A stretch of 64,000 nucleotides of DNA from Thalassotalea sp. (GCA_022448425.1 JAKVCY010000187.1:127-64126); one strand, 5' to 3'. Counted from the stretch's first letter, positions 1-10,817 are shown. Notes: a model not told the origin generated them from the sequence alone. Numbers and translations: made by a program.

Positions 1-89
1 GTGTATGAAAGACAGGCTATTGCTACCTTTTTTATTGGTAATAAGTGATGAGAAACGAAGGCTCTTTTTAAGGGGGCTAAGTTAAATTA

Positions 90-479
90 CTACGGATTTA
101 ACTGGCTTAACTCGTTGATGCGCGTTCTGCTCATCTCGATATAACATCGTTTAAACACTGAACTCGCATTAGGATCAGGTGACATTGCAAGGTATTGCCA
201 ACGACAATTGTTTTCACGAAAACTAATAAAATTACTTTGTGTACGCTTAAACATTTTTAATGCACCACTGCGTCCGGTTTTAAGGGCAAGTTCTTCTAAT
301 ATGAATGTTTGGTTATTAACCCAAGTTTGTAATTCTCTATCAGTAGATGCCTTTACAGTGTCTAGGCAACGAGAATAAGCAACGTCATCTTCAGTAATGT
401 TGTCGCAGTCTTTCAGTGTCTTAGCCTCGAGATTGAAGCCAGACATTAACAGTACTAAGACAAATAAACTTTTCTTCAT
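90..479 (-). CDS. Secreted LprI/DUF1311-like (lysozyme inhibitor family) protein
   Basis: Signal peptide (MKKSLFVLVLLMSGFNLEA), Cys pairs and a Q..F..FRE.NC.W-like helical motif typical of DUF1311. Confidence 0.6.
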   Translation of the reverse strand: MKKSLFVLVLLMSGFNLEAKTLKDCDNITEDDVAYSRCLDTVKASTDRELQTWVNNQTFILEELALKTGRSGALKMFKRTQSNFISFRENNCRWQYLAMSPDPNASSVFKRCYIEMSRTRINELSQLNP

Positions 480-488
480 TGCTAAACC

Positions 489-791
489 TTAAGCGGGTAA
501 AACTTTCTTATAGGGTTTTACGATAACTTTTTCGTACACGCCAGCATCGATATATGGGTCAACATCTGCCCATGCTTTGGCATCTTCAAGTGAATTAAAT
601 TCAGCTACGACTAATGAGCCTGTGAAGCCTGCTTCTCCTGGATTCTCGGCGTCGATTGCAGGGCAAGGACCTGCTACAAGCAAACGGCCTTCGTCTTGAA
701 GCTGTTCTAGTCTTGCTAAGTGCGCCTCTCTTACTGGCATACGCAGAGGTAAGCTGTTGGCTACATCTTCACTATAGATCATGTAATACAT
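489..791 (-). CDS. yciI: YciI family protein
   Basis: [15 protein letters not shown] and DPY..AGVY motifs; 100 aa; next to yciB. Confidence 0.9.
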   Translation of the reverse strand: MYYMIYSEDVANSLPLRMPVREAHLARLEQLQDEGRLLVAGPCPAIDAENPGEAGFTGSLVVAEFNSLEDAKAWADVDPYIDAGVYEKVIVKPYKKVLPA

Positions 792-831
792 GGGCTTTAT
801 ATCCTTGTCTAATTAATTTGTTTTTACTTGA

Positions 832-1398
832 TTATTCTTTATTTTCAGGGGAAGAGGCCTGGTCTTCATCTTCTTGAGGAAAATATTTGTATAACGCCAT
901 TATTGAGCTGATCGCGAACACGAACGTCATTCCCATTAAACCAAATACCTTAAAGTTTACCCAAACTTCCTGGCTGAAATTAAACGCTATGTACACGTTG
1001 AGTAAGCCACAGAATGTGAAAAAGCCAACCCAGCTTAGGTTGAGCTTATTCCAAATATTATCAGGCAGCTCAAGTGCCTCACCCATTAATTGTTTAATAA
1101 GGTTCTTTTTAAAAACGTATTGACTGACAACTAACCCCATTGCGAAGAATAGATTTACGATAGTGACCTTCCATTTTAAGAATGTGTCGTCTTTAAGGAA
1201 GATGGTAAGTCCACCAAAGCCTGCTATTAAACCAAATATAATCCAGTTTTTGGTTGGAACCTTCTGTTTTGTCGCGAAAAAATAAAGGATATGAAGAGCA
1301 GCACCAACAATTAGGGCTATAGTCGCTGTGTAGATATCGTAAAACTTATAGATGACGAAAAATAAAATGAGTGGAACGTATTCAAATAGTGTTTGCAT
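832..1398 (-). CDS. yciB: Inner-membrane spanning / intracellular septation protein A
   Basis: 5 hydrophobic segments, FLKWKVTI and WVNFKVFG motifs. Confidence 0.92.
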   Translation of the reverse strand: MQTLFEYVPLILFFVIYKFYDIYTATIALIVGAALHILYFFATKQKVPTKNWIIFGLIAGFGGLTIFLKDDTFLKWKVTIVNLFFAMGLVVSQYVFKKNLIKQLMGEALELPDNIWNKLNLSWVGFFTFCGLLNVYIAFNFSQEVWVNFKVFGLMGMTFVFAISSIMALYKYFPQEDEDQASSPENKE

Positions 1399-1532
1399 AA
1401 ATTGAATAAATGCTGTGGGCTAAGGCTCGTCATTCTACATAATGGAGCGGCCTTAGCCAACGTTAAAGTAGCCAATTTGCGTCAACCAGCCATCAAATTG
1501 CGGTTATCGGCAATGCTATGAATTAGACGATA

Positions 1533-2771
1533 TTATTGGTGAGTCATTAGGCCAAATGGGTCGTCGATTGAATGGGCAGGTTCAGTAAACCATTTAGGGC
1601 CGTTTTCAGTCATGTAAAAGTGATCCTCTAATCGAATACCGAACTCTTTAGGTAACACCAACATGGGCTCATTTGAAAAAGTCATACCAGGAGCTAATAG
1701 CGTCTTTTCACTGCCGACTAAATAAGGCCACTCGTGAATATCCAGCCCCGTGCCATGTCCTGTTCTGTGCGGACAACCAGGTGTTTGATAACCAGGGCCC
1801 ATGCCGTGAGCTGCTAGTAAATCACGAGCAGCGGTGTCTGCAACACCACAAGGCTCCCCTATTTTTGCCGCGTTAAAAGCCGCTAATTGCGCATCTTTTT
1901 CCAGTTGCCACATCGCTCGTTGTCGATCTGATGGCTCTCCAAATACATAGGTTCTGGTAATGTCAGAGTTGTATCCATATAGCTGACAACCTGTATCGAT
2001 AAGTACAACGTCATTTGTATCGAGGGCCTTCGGGTTCTTAACACCATGTGGGTAGCTAGAATCTTCGCCAAACAATACGATACAAAATGATGAACCATTT
2101 ACTGCCCCGACTTTTCGGTGGGCTTTATCAATAAATTCAGTCACTTCTTTGGTGGTTATACCTTCATGCAGTATGCTTGCAGCAGCTTGTTGTACACGGA
2201 GTGTCATGTCTTTTGCACGCTGCATTAGAGCAAGCTCACGTTCAGATTTACACATTCTACAGCCAGCAGTCACTGTCTTTGCGTCAACGAAATGAGTATT
2301 TGATAAAAGCTGTTGTAAGCCATTGGCAATGAAGAACGGCGTTGCTTCGTCAAGACCTAAGGTGCCAGATGCAGTACCTTTTTCTGCCAATAACTCTGCA
2401 ACCAACTGGTAAGGACTTTCATGCTCATGCCAGCCGTAGATTGGCCCTTTAATTTGCATATATTGGGTGAGGGTATCTACTTCAAAATGTGGTGCGATGT
2501 AAAAGATATCACCTTGTTGCGGAATAACTGCTGCTACCATACGCTCGCTGGCATACCAACGCGTACCGGTAAAATAATACAAATTAGATCCAGCGTTTAG
2601 GTACACAGCATCAATGTTTTGGGCTTTCATAAGCGCCTGAGCTTTCTCTATACGTGCCTGATATTCAGAGATTTGAATATCTTCAATACCATCTGTCATA
2701 TTTGACAAGCCTGAAAGTGCTTGCTCTGGTGTGCAGCCACCAATACCATTGCCATTTATGTTCATATTCAA
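1533..2771 (-). CDS. M24-family Xaa-Pro peptidase
   Basis: Creatinase-like N-domain; metal ligands in IDTG, SDITRT, HRTGHGTGLDIHE, SNEP, IRLEDH. Confidence 0.88.
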   Translation of the reverse strand: MNMNINGNGIGGCTPEQALSGLSNMTDGIEDIQISEYQARIEKAQALMKAQNIDAVYLNAGSNLYYFTGTRWYASERMVAAVIPQQGDIFYIAPHFEVDTLTQYMQIKGPIYGWHEHESPYQLVAELLAEKGTASGTLGLDEATPFFIANGLQQLLSNTHFVDAKTVTAGCRMCKSERELALMQRAKDMTLRVQQAAASILHEGITTKEVTEFIDKAHRKVGAVNGSSFCIVLFGEDSSYPHGVKNPKALDTNDVVLIDTGCQLYGYNSDITRTYVFGEPSDRQRAMWQLEKDAQLAAFNAAKIGEPCGVADTAARDLLAAHGMGPGYQTPGCPHRTGHGTGLDIHEWPYLVGSEKTLLAPGMTFSNEPMLVLPKEFGIRLEDHFYMTENGPKWFTEPAHSIDDPFGLMTHQ

Positions 2772-2915
2772 TCACGTTTTATTTAATATTGCATACAATA
2801 TACCTTAAGTGGGGCGTGCAGAAAATACGTATTATTAAAAACATGTATTTTCTTTTCGTTTCAACTTGATTTAGGCCTCATTAATGCGGCCGACAACTAA
2901 GATAGGAGGCGTCAG

Positions 2916-3767
2916 CTATAGCGCTTGTTTTAACTGTGTAGCTGTTAGGATTAGCGTGGGATCGGCTTCTTGAAAGTGCTCAACTCTTGCAACTGCCTGA
3001 GGTAGTCCTGCATCAGCTGCAGTCATAAGCCAAGCAAGTCCTAGCGCAGGATTTTCTTCAACTCCTTCAGAAAGGAAAAATGCACGTCCAATCGCGCCTC
3101 TCGACTTTAAGCAGCCTAGGCTCGCTGCTTTTTTAAAGAGTGGAATAGCCTGTTCGAATTCGCCGCTTTCTCTGAGTGCTTTGGCTTGGTTGAATAGGCT
3201 TTCTGCGTACTCCTTCTCATCAAAGGTATCGTTATCTAAATCTATTTGCGTCTCTGGTGAACCATTCATTGATTCTTGTACTTTCTGGTGGTCATGTGCC
3301 TCCACTTCAACCGGCTGAGCTTTGTCGGAATTTACCTCTTCCTCTGATACGTGCGAATAGCCAATCGATGCCGTATTTAAGCTGTTCACGGCTAAGTCAT
3401 CGTCAGCAAAGATGGCTTTGATATCTATATCTTTCGGCTTTTGCTGGATGAAACTCGACATCACTGTGTCATACCTTGCGTTGAGTTGCTCAATCGTGCT
3501 TTGTTGCTGGGATATTTGTTGTTTGAAGTAACTAATATCTTGATGTAGCTGAGCAATCGTTTGCTGATGCATCGCTGTTTGCTCGGCGTGAGACGATTTC
3601 AATGAACTAATGTATTGAGTATTTGCCAAGTCCACACGAGCTTGCTGTTTCTCATGTTGCCTTTCAAACTGGTTTAGTACGTTATTGATGGTTTGTTCGT
3701 AGTTTGATTTCATTTTTTCAAACCAACGAAATATTTGACTTGGTGCTTTGAAATTATCAGATGACAT
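2916..3767 (-). CDS. Coiled-coil protein with C-terminal Sel1/TPR-like repeats
   Basis: Gln-rich heptad N-terminus, acidic linker, then A..LF.KAA.LG and G...GV..N...G..W...AA..G Sel1 pattern. Confidence 0.65.
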   Translation of the reverse strand: MSSDNFKAPSQIFRWFEKMKSNYEQTINNVLNQFERQHEKQQARVDLANTQYISSLKSSHAEQTAMHQQTIAQLHQDISYFKQQISQQQSTIEQLNARYDTVMSSFIQQKPKDIDIKAIFADDDLAVNSLNTASIGYSHVSEEEVNSDKAQPVEVEAHDHQKVQESMNGSPETQIDLDNDTFDEKEYAESLFNQAKALRESGEFEQAIPLFKKAASLGCLKSRGAIGRAFFLSEGVEENPALGLAWLMTAADAGLPQAVARVEHFQEADPTLILTATQLKQAL

Positions 3768-4020
3768 GTGAATTTGGTCGACAAAAACAGTCTTTTCACT
3801 TTAATAGTTTCGCAATTTTAAATCAAACGCCTTTTTTGGAAACTCACTACTTTTGAGGGGGTATTGAGGCATTACTAAATAAATGGTCTATATCGAAAGT
3901 GAAAATAAGTTGTTACAAAACAGAAAATAGAAAATAGGCTAGTGGGAAGAAAAATATCTTCAATCTGCAATTTGACCAGAGGGTCAAGGATAGACGTGGT
4001 TGAGGCGAATATTAAATAAA

Positions 4021-4084
4021 CTGAGTGATTAATAGATTGTTAATAAAGCGCTGAGTGATTAACAGGTTGTTAATGAGGAGTTAA
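4021..4084. repeat. 30-bp-period tandem repeat with phased RTTAA elements upstream of the chemosensory operon
   Basis: CTGAGTGATTAAtAGaTTGTTAAT at 4021 and CTGAGTGATTAAcAGgTTGTTAAT at 4051; RTTAA at 4028/4039 and 4058/4069/4080. Confidence 0.8.
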
Positions 4085-4193
4085 AAATGTTTGTTAAATC
4101 AACAATATGCTTGACCATGCATTATATTCACCTATATTTTTATTAGCCTGCGCAAATCGCATAATGTCAGGGGCGCTTAATTAAGGATGAATT

Positions 4194-4478
4194 ATGTTCA
4201 CATTTCCTGCCGAGTTAACAATAGCTAACGCAGAACAATTTAAGGAAGCTCTGCTGGCGTATCAATCCGAAGAGCCAAATTTTCCCATTAATGATGAGGC
4301 CGTAGTCAAAATTGACACCATTGGTGTCCAATTGATTATCGTCACGCTCTACTATCTTTTATCGTTGAATAAAACTATTGAGTGGCAATGCAAGTCTCCT
4401 GTTGTAAGAGAGAGTATTGCCAAGCTGGGTGTAAAAGATCCTATGGTTTTGCAGTATTTGGATGCGCAAGGTAATTAA
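4194..4478 (+). CDS. STAS-domain protein (first gene of F7-type che operon)
   Basis: LTIANA...V.KIDTIGVQL STAS pattern; RBS AAGGA; position before cheY as in F7 clusters. Confidence 0.8.
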   Translation: MFTFPAELTIANAEQFKEALLAYQSEEPNFPINDEAVVKIDTIGVQLIIVTLYYLLSLNKTIEWQCKSPVVRESIAKLGVKDPMVLQYLDAQGN

Positions 4479-4502
4479 AATTAGAAATAAAGGAATTTTA
4501 GA

Positions 4503-4865
4503 ATGGCCAAAGTGCTTGTTGTAGATGATTCAAATTCAATTCGTGACATGGTGAGTTTTACGCTCAAAGGGGCGGGCCATCAAACTGTGGAAGCAGTGAA
4601 TGGTCAAGAAGGGTTATCGAAAGCCCAAGCTGGTGGTTTTGATTTAGTAATTTCTGACGTCAATATGCCGATTATGGACGGTATTACTTTGTGTCAAGAA
4701 CTAAGAAAACTCCCTAGCTTTAAATTCACGCCAATTTTAATGTTAACGACTGAAAGCTCTACAGACATGAAAATGAAAGGTAAAGCTGCTGGCGCAACGG
4801 GTTGGTTAGTTAAACCGTTTAATCCAGACAAATTATTGTCAACAATCAAACGTGTAATCAGGTAG
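4503..4865 (+). CDS. cheY: Chemotaxis response regulator CheY
   Basis: Single REC domain: VVDD, SDVNMP, LTT, KP. Confidence 0.93.
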   Translation: MAKVLVVDDSNSIRDMVSFTLKGAGHQTVEAVNGQEGLSKAQAGGFDLVISDVNMPIMDGITLCQELRKLPSFKFTPILMLTTESSTDMKMKGKAAGATGWLVKPFNPDKLLSTIKRVIR

Positions 4866-4871
4866 CTAGTT

Positions 4872-7076
4872 ATGAGCGTCGACCTATCGCAGTTTATTCC
4901 GACTTTCTTGGCAGAAAGTTTTGAAGGCTTAGAAATTATGGAGTCCGGGTTATTAAACCTAGAAGCCGGCGATAGTGAAATGATCAATGCCATATTTCGC
5001 GCTGCTCATTCGATAAAAGGAGGAGCTGGCACATTCGGTTTCGGTCATGTCACTGAATTCACGCATTTGGTTGAAACCTTGTTGGATGAAATGCGTGATG
5101 GTCGACGTGAAATTAATCCACAAGAAAAAGAAGTGCTACTCGCTTCAGTAGATTGTATTCGCTTGATGATTGAAGCGATTCAAAATGAAAACGAGTATGA
5201 TGATACATCTATCGTGATGGTAAGTGTGCAGTTATCAGAACTGCTAGCGAATGGCAATGAGCCAGCTCAGACCGACAAAGGTTTAAGCAGTTCGTCAGAG
5301 CCACTCGATTTGACACCATCAAATACCACTAAATGGAATATTCTGTTTATACCTGAGCACCACTTAGTGCAAACAGGTAACGATCCGTTGTTATTGTTCA
5401 GCGCTCTAGAAGATTTTGGAGAGTTAACGGCAACAGCCGTGTTAGACAACTTACCTTCAATTACTGAAATGGATGTGGAAGAGCTCTGCATGCATTGGCA
5501 ACTTACACTCATTTCTGATAATGCAACGGAAGACGATATTCGTGAGGTATTTGAATGGGTAGAAGATGAGTGTGAGCTGACAATTTCTGAGGAAGAGCTT
5601 GAGCAACCTATGCAAGAGGAGAGTGGTTCAACTGAAACTGGAGAACACGAGAACGGATCTGTTGACGCTACGCCATCGTCAGAACAACAATTGTCCAATG
5701 ACGACGAACAGTTGACTCAAACTGACTCTACTGCTGATACAAATAAAGCTGACAGCCAAGCAAGCAATGTAACTGCGTTATCGCCCAGTACTGACGATAA
5801 CAACTCTCCAAAGGCACCGAAAACACCAGCTAAATCTAAAGCAAAAACTGACCAAGGTTCGATTCGAGTGGGCGTCGACAAGGTTGATAGCTTAATTAAC
5901 CTTGTTGGTGAGCTTGTCATCACGCAAAGCATGCTGTCCGAGTTGGGGAATGATTTTGATCTATCAAAGGTTGAGAAATTAACCGCAGGTCTAGAGCAGT
6001 TGCTACAGAATACTAAAGAATTACAAGAAAGCGTTATGCGTATTCGCATGCTACCTATTAGTTTCGCATTTAACCGCTTTCCTCGATTAATTCATGATTT
6101 GTCGATGAAAACCGGCAAAGATATAGAGCTCATTATTAACGGTGAAAATACTGAACTAGATAAGACGGTTATGGAACAGATTGGTGATCCATTGGTGCAC
6201 TTGGTGCGCAATGCGGTTGACCATGGTATCGAACCTGTAGAGAAAAGGCTCGCTGCGGGTAAATCTGAAAAAGGTACTATTTGGCTAGATGCTTACCATC
6301 AAGGCGGCAGCATCGTCATTGAGATTCGAGACGATGGTGGCGGCATAAATCGTGACGCAGTGTTTAATAAGGCTGTCGAAAAAGGCTTAGTTGAGCCCAA
6401 CGCCACCTTAACCGATAACCAAGTCTTTGAGCTTATTTTCGAGCCTGGGTTTTCCACAGCCAAACAACTTAGCGATATTTCGGGCCGTGGCGTTGGGATG
6501 GACGTTGTTAAGCGCAATATTCAATCGCTTGGCGGCCGTATTCAAGTTGAATCAACGAAAGGTCAGGGCAGTACGTTTAAAGTACATTTACCGCTGACAC
6601 TAGCTATCTTAGATGGTCAGTTAGTAAGAGTGGGCGAAGAAGTTTTTGTTGTGCCACTGATTACCATTGTAGAGTCGCTTCAGGCAAAACCTGAACTCAT
6701 TAATAAAGTATCGGGCGACATGATGCTGTATCGATTGCGAGAAGACAATGTCCCGGTAATTCCTATCTTCCAATTGTTTAACCTGCCGGCTGAAAGTCAG
6801 TCAGTAGATAATTCTTTGCTCGTAGTAGTCGAGGCTGACGGGCAGAAGGTAGGCCTGATGGTCGACGATCTACTCGCACAGCAGCAGGTTGTAATTAAAA
6901 GTTTAAAAGATAATTATCAGGACGTAGCGGGTATATCCGGTGCAACAATTCTCGGTGACGGCTCTGTAGCAATGATCGTAGACGTTCCCGGGATTATTCA
7001 GATGGCACTTGAAATAGCACAGCAAAAGCAGAAACAGCGAAACAACGTTTACCAACTAGAAGGAGCGCTTAACTAA
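4872..7076 (+). CDS. cheA: Chemotaxis histidine kinase CheA
   Basis: P1 FRAAHSIKG, long acidic linker, dimerisation domain, HLVRNAVDHG, SGRGVGMDVV, C-terminal CheW-like domain. Confidence 0.96.
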   Translation: MSVDLSQFIPTFLAESFEGLEIMESGLLNLEAGDSEMINAIFRAAHSIKGGAGTFGFGHVTEFTHLVETLLDEMRDGRREINPQEKEVLLASVDCIRLMIEAIQNENEYDDTSIVMVSVQLSELLANGNEPAQTDKGLSSSSEPLDLTPSNTTKWNILFIPEHHLVQTGNDPLLLFSALEDFGELTATAVLDNLPSITEMDVEELCMHWQLTLISDNATEDDIREVFEWVEDECELTISEEELEQPMQEESGSTETGEHENGSVDATPSSEQQLSNDDEQLTQTDSTADTNKADSQASNVTALSPSTDDNNSPKAPKTPAKSKAKTDQGSIRVGVDKVDSLINLVGELVITQSMLSELGNDFDLSKVEKLTAGLEQLLQNTKELQESVMRIRMLPISFAFNRFPRLIHDLSMKTGKDIELIINGENTELDKTVMEQIGDPLVHLVRNAVDHGIEPVEKRLAAGKSEKGTIWLDAYHQGGSIVIEIRDDGGGINRDAVFNKAVEKGLVEPNATLTDNQVFELIFEPGFSTAKQLSDISGRGVGMDVVKRNIQSLGGRIQVESTKGQGSTFKVHLPLTLAILDGQLVRVGEEVFVVPLITIVESLQAKPELINKVSGDMMLYRLREDNVPVIPIFQLFNLPAESQSVDNSLLVVVEADGQKVGLMVDDLLAQQQVVIKSLKDNYQDVAGISGATILGDGSVAMIVDVPGIIQMALEIAQQKQKQRNNVYQLEGALN

Positions 7077-7600
7077 TGGACATTCAAGCTTTAGCGCAAG
7101 AGATCCCAGTAGAAGGAGAGTACTCTCTTGAAGGAATCGACTTCATTACCAATGGTGAGCAATATTTAACTTTTGTGTTAGATACGGAGCACTACGCAGT
7201 CGATATTCTTTGCGTTGAAGAGATACGCAGTTGGGAAAAACCGACGAAAATTCCTAACGCTCCGACACATGTTAAAGGTGTTATCAATATGCGCGGTGTC
7301 ATAGTTCCAGTCATTGATTTGCGTATTAAGTTTGGGATAGGTGAAGTGGCCTACTGTAAAACGACCGTTGTTATTGTCCTGACGTACGAATCCGATGCTC
7401 AAAGTCGCACAATAGGCTTTGTGGTAGATGCTGTGTCAGACGTACTAAATGCTGAAGAAAGTGAGATCAAAGCAGCCCCTGCGTTTGGTGGCATTATTCC
7501 ACACCATTACGTTAACGGTTTGGTTAATGTTGGTGAAGGCGTAGTGACACTGTTAGATGTTGAAGCACTTCAGCAAATTGAACCTCATGAAGTGGGGTAA
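7076..7600 (+). CDS. cheW: CheW adaptor 1
   Basis: YLTF..., VKGVINMRG.IVPVIDLR, GFVVDAVSDV; TAATG overlap with cheA stop. Confidence 0.93.
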   Translation: MDIQALAQEIPVEGEYSLEGIDFITNGEQYLTFVLDTEHYAVDILCVEEIRSWEKPTKIPNAPTHVKGVINMRGVIVPVIDLRIKFGIGEVAYCKTTVVIVLTYESDAQSRTIGFVVDAVSDVLNAEESEIKAAPAFGGIIPHHYVNGLVNVGEGVVTLLDVEALQQIEPHEVG

Positions 7601-7604
7601 CACA

Positions 7605-8090
7605 ATGGAACAAGAATACTTAACCTTTTTACTCAATGGCGAAGAATTTGGCGTAGATATTTTGTGTGTACAGGAAATTAGGGTGCTGAGTAAAGTAACA
7701 GAACTACCTAATAAACCTGACTATTTGAAAGGCGTGATAAATTTACGTGGTGTCATTATTCCTATCGTTGACTTGAGACAACGGTTTGGCAAAGAGCCTA
7801 TGGAATATAACGATAAAACGGTCACTATCATTTTGAAGAGTCAAGATTCAAGAAATCCTTCAATTGTCGGCATTATTGTCGATGCGGTATCTGATGTATA
7901 TAAATTTAGCGTAAGTGATATTCGACCTTCGCCGTCGCTTGGAAATCAAATCGACAATTGCTTTCTTAAAGGCCTAGCGACTGTCGAGAGCAAGTTAATC
8001 ATATTGCTTGATACCAACAATTTATTAAATCAAAACGAACTTTTTACAGTAGACAACGAAGTAGAAGAAGCTGAGTTGCTTGTCGATTAG
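7605..8090 (+). CDS. cheW: CheW adaptor 2
   Basis: GVINLRGVIIPIVDLR; start moved from 7557 to ATG 7605 (MEQEYLTF) just after the cheW1 stop. Confidence 0.92.
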   Translation: MEQEYLTFLLNGEEFGVDILCVQEIRVLSKVTELPNKPDYLKGVINLRGVIIPIVDLRQRFGKEPMEYNDKTVTIILKSQDSRNPSIVGIIVDAVSDVYKFSVSDIRPSPSLGNQIDNCFLKGLATVESKLIILLDTNNLLNQNELFTVDNEVEEAELLVD

Positions 8091-8117
8091 ATACAAGCCT
8101 GGATAGGATTACACATC

Positions 8118-10817
8118 ATGACACCAAAGCAAAACATTGCAGTTATCGAAAGCTGGAAAAAAGTACAGCCGATTGCATCTCAAGTCTCTCAGGTTTTTTA
8201 TGACGACCTTTGCGAAAAACATCCAAGTCTCAAGGCTTTTTTAGGCGAAGAGCTTTCGATCGCGAGAGACCAATTGGTGGCTAACCTAAATTCACTGGTT
8301 GAGACTTTAGTGGCAACTGATGAAGTTGTCATCGAAGACTTAGCAAAACATTTGCGTATTGGATTGGCTCCCGAGCAGTTTTCAGATGTAGGGCCTGCTT
8401 TATTAACATCTCTGGAAGTTGGACTTGAAAAAGACTTTACCGCGACAGTAAAGCGAGCATGGACAGCTCTGAATAAGTTAATTGTGGCAGCGATGGCACA
8501 ACAAGGCGCAAAGGGCACACCTTTAAATAAAGGAAACAAAGAGACTATGGGTACATCTGCCACTACTGATAACGAATTGGCCGTTAGGCTTCAAGGCGCA
8601 TTAGACCAATCTTCAACTGCATTCATGATGATCGATAGAGATTTTATCGTGACTTACGTGAACCAAGCGACGATGGATTTATTATCTGAGCATGAGGCGA
8701 CATTTCAAGTGAAGTGGCCAAACTTTGAAGCGGATAAAGATAAGGTTATCGGCTCATGTATCGACGTGTTTCATGAAAGGCCAGAGCATCAGAGAGAGTT
8801 GTTATCGGATGCGTCAAATTTGCCGTGGAAAACAGATATCCCAATTGAATATCTAACAATAGAAATTAACGTTACTGCGATTCATGACGGGGATGGCAAT
8901 CACATAGGCAACTCACTCGAGTGGCAAGATGTAACACAAGCCCGACACCAAGAAAACCAAGCTGTTCAGTTGCAAGGTGCCGTTGACCAATCAAATACGC
9001 CAAGCATGTTTATCGATCGTGATTTCAATATCACTTATGCGAATAAAGCTACATTGCAACTGTTGAAAAAGCATGAGGCAGTATTTGCTACAAAATGGCC
9101 AGGCTTTAGAGCAGATAAAGAACAGTTGATTGGTACTTGTATCGATGGATTTCATGTAAACCCTGACCATCAGCGTGCGTTGTTAGCTGATCCGAGTAAC
9201 CTTCCTTGGACTACCGATATTCATATTGAGCACCTTACTTTTGAACTCAACGTGACTGCGATAAACGATGCTCAGGGTAATTACATCGGCAATTCGCTGG
9301 AATGGCAGGATGTCACAGAAGTGCGCGATAAAGCGGTGCAAGTTGGACGCTTAATGTCAGCCGTTGAAGGTATGACGACCAATCTAATGATGGCCGATAC
9401 CAAAGGTAACATCGTTTATGCAAACCCTTCAGTATTAAACATGTTACGTCGACGAGAAGCTGAGTTAAAAGCGGTTTTACCTGCCTTTAACATTGATACG
9501 CTCTTGGGTACTAATTTTGATTCGTTCCATAAAAACCCAGCTCATCAACAAAATTTGTTAGGTAATCCTGATAATTTGCCTTATACCACAGAAATTTCTG
9601 TTGCAGGCTTGGCCTTCCAATTAATTGCGATACCACTAAGAGATGATAAGGGCGTGCACTTGGGTAGTGCAGTGCAATGGCTTGACTTGACAGAGCAAAA
9701 AGACACGCAAAATCAAGTTGAAGGCCTGATTAACGCGGCGATCTCTGGAGAGCTAACTCGTCGTATTGATACGTCAAATTACGAAGGGTTTATGAAAAAA
9801 CTTGGCGACAATATTAATAGTTTGATGGACGCTATTATCGAGCCGATAAATGATGCTATAAAGGTTGCTCAAGCGCTCGCTGATGGCGATCTTACGCAAG
9901 CGATGAATGGCGATTATGATGGCGAATTCTTAGCTCTTGCAGATGCCATGAATGATTCGATCGACAATTTGAGTAACATGGTTGACGAAATTCGCGATGC
10001 CTCGACCAATGTATTTGATTCGGCTAGAGAAATTGCCGAGGGCAACAACGAGCTTAGCCACCGCACAGAATCACAAGCCTCAAGCCTCGAAGAAACTGCG
10101 TCTGCAATGGAGCAATTAACCAGTACCGTACAGCAAAATGCGGAGAACGCGACGGAAGCAAGTAAGCTCTCTGCCAATGTTGTGACTAAAGCCGTAAATG
10201 GTGGCGATGTGGTTAAAAATGCTATTACCGCGATGAGTGATATCAATAAATCGAGTAAGAAGATTGCCGATATCATTAGCGTGATCGACGAAATAGCCTT
10301 CCAAACAAACCTACTTGCATTAAATGCTGCGGTTGAAGCCGCTAGAGCTGGCGAGCAAGGACGTGGTTTTGCCGTTGTTGCAGCCGAAGTACGTAACTTG
10401 GCACAACGCTCAGCAGGGGCTGCTAAAGAGATTAAGGGATTAATTAACGATAGTGTTGACGCTGTAAGTCAGGGTACGAAGCTCGTTGACGAAACAGGCC
10501 AAACATTTGAGCAACTTGTTAGTGCTATTGAAGAAGTAGGCAAGATGATAAACGATATCGATAGCGCAGGTAGAGAACAATCTGCTGGTATTGGAGAGGT
10601 TAGTGCGGCAGTTAGTCAAATGGATGAAATGACACAGCAAAATGCTTTACTAGTTGAAGAAGCTGCCGCGTCAAGTAAGTCAATGGAAGAACAAGCTCAA
10701 TTGCTACTGCAGCAAGTTGATTTCTTCAACAATGGCGAGGACGTCGAGGCGGATGCCAAACCAGTGAGGGCTGCTCCAACTAAGTCAACTCATTCCAACA
10801 AGGTATCAAAAACCTAA
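8118..10817 (+). CDS. Soluble Aer2-like chemoreceptor: globin + 3 PAS + HAMP + MCP signalling domain; C-terminal EWEEF tail out of frame (natural end probably 10885)
   Basis: No TM segment; globin helices with FY and LAKH; three PAS repeats with D.FH..P.HQ and EW/QW; [33 protein letters not shown] hairpin tip. Confidence 0.9.
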   Translation: MTPKQNIAVIESWKKVQPIASQVSQVFYDDLCEKHPSLKAFLGEELSIARDQLVANLNSLVETLVATDEVVIEDLAKHLRIGLAPEQFSDVGPALLTSLEVGLEKDFTATVKRAWTALNKLIVAAMAQQGAKGTPLNKGNKETMGTSATTDNELAVRLQGALDQSSTAFMMIDRDFIVTYVNQATMDLLSEHEATFQVKWPNFEADKDKVIGSCIDVFHERPEHQRELLSDASNLPWKTDIPIEYLTIEINVTAIHDGDGNHIGNSLEWQDVTQARHQENQAVQLQGAVDQSNTPSMFIDRDFNITYANKATLQLLKKHEAVFATKWPGFRADKEQLIGTCIDGFHVNPDHQRALLADPSNLPWTTDIHIEHLTFELNVTAINDAQGNYIGNSLEWQDVTEVRDKAVQVGRLMSAVEGMTTNLMMADTKGNIVYANPSVLNMLRRREAELKAVLPAFNIDTLLGTNFDSFHKNPAHQQNLLGNPDNLPYTTEISVAGLAFQLIAIPLRDDKGVHLGSAVQWLDLTEQKDTQNQVEGLINAAISGELTRRIDTSNYEGFMKKLGDNINSLMDAIIEPINDAIKVAQALADGDLTQAMNGDYDGEFLALADAMNDSIDNLSNMVDEIRDASTNVFDSAREIAEGNNELSHRTESQASSLEETASAMEQLTSTVQQNAENATEASKLSANVVTKAVNGGDVVKNAITAMSDINKSSKKIADIISVIDEIAFQTNLLALNAAVEAARAGEQGRGFAVVAAEVRNLAQRSAGAAKEIKGLINDSVDAVSQGTKLVDETGQTFEQLVSAIEEVGKMINDIDSAGREQSAGIGEVSAAVSQMDEMTQQNALLVEEAAASSKSMEEQAQLLLQQVDFFNNGEDVEADAKPVRAAPTKSTHSNKVSKT

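Noticed and set aside
1-48. Possible 3' end of a plus-strand gene (VYERQAIATFFIGNK*)
   Set aside because: Too short to identify or to support as coding
10806-10817. Programmed -1 frameshift as the explanation for the receptor tail
   Set aside because: A AAA ACC is not a canonical X XXY YYZ heptamer and A5 is short for polymerase slippage; an indel or error is more likely
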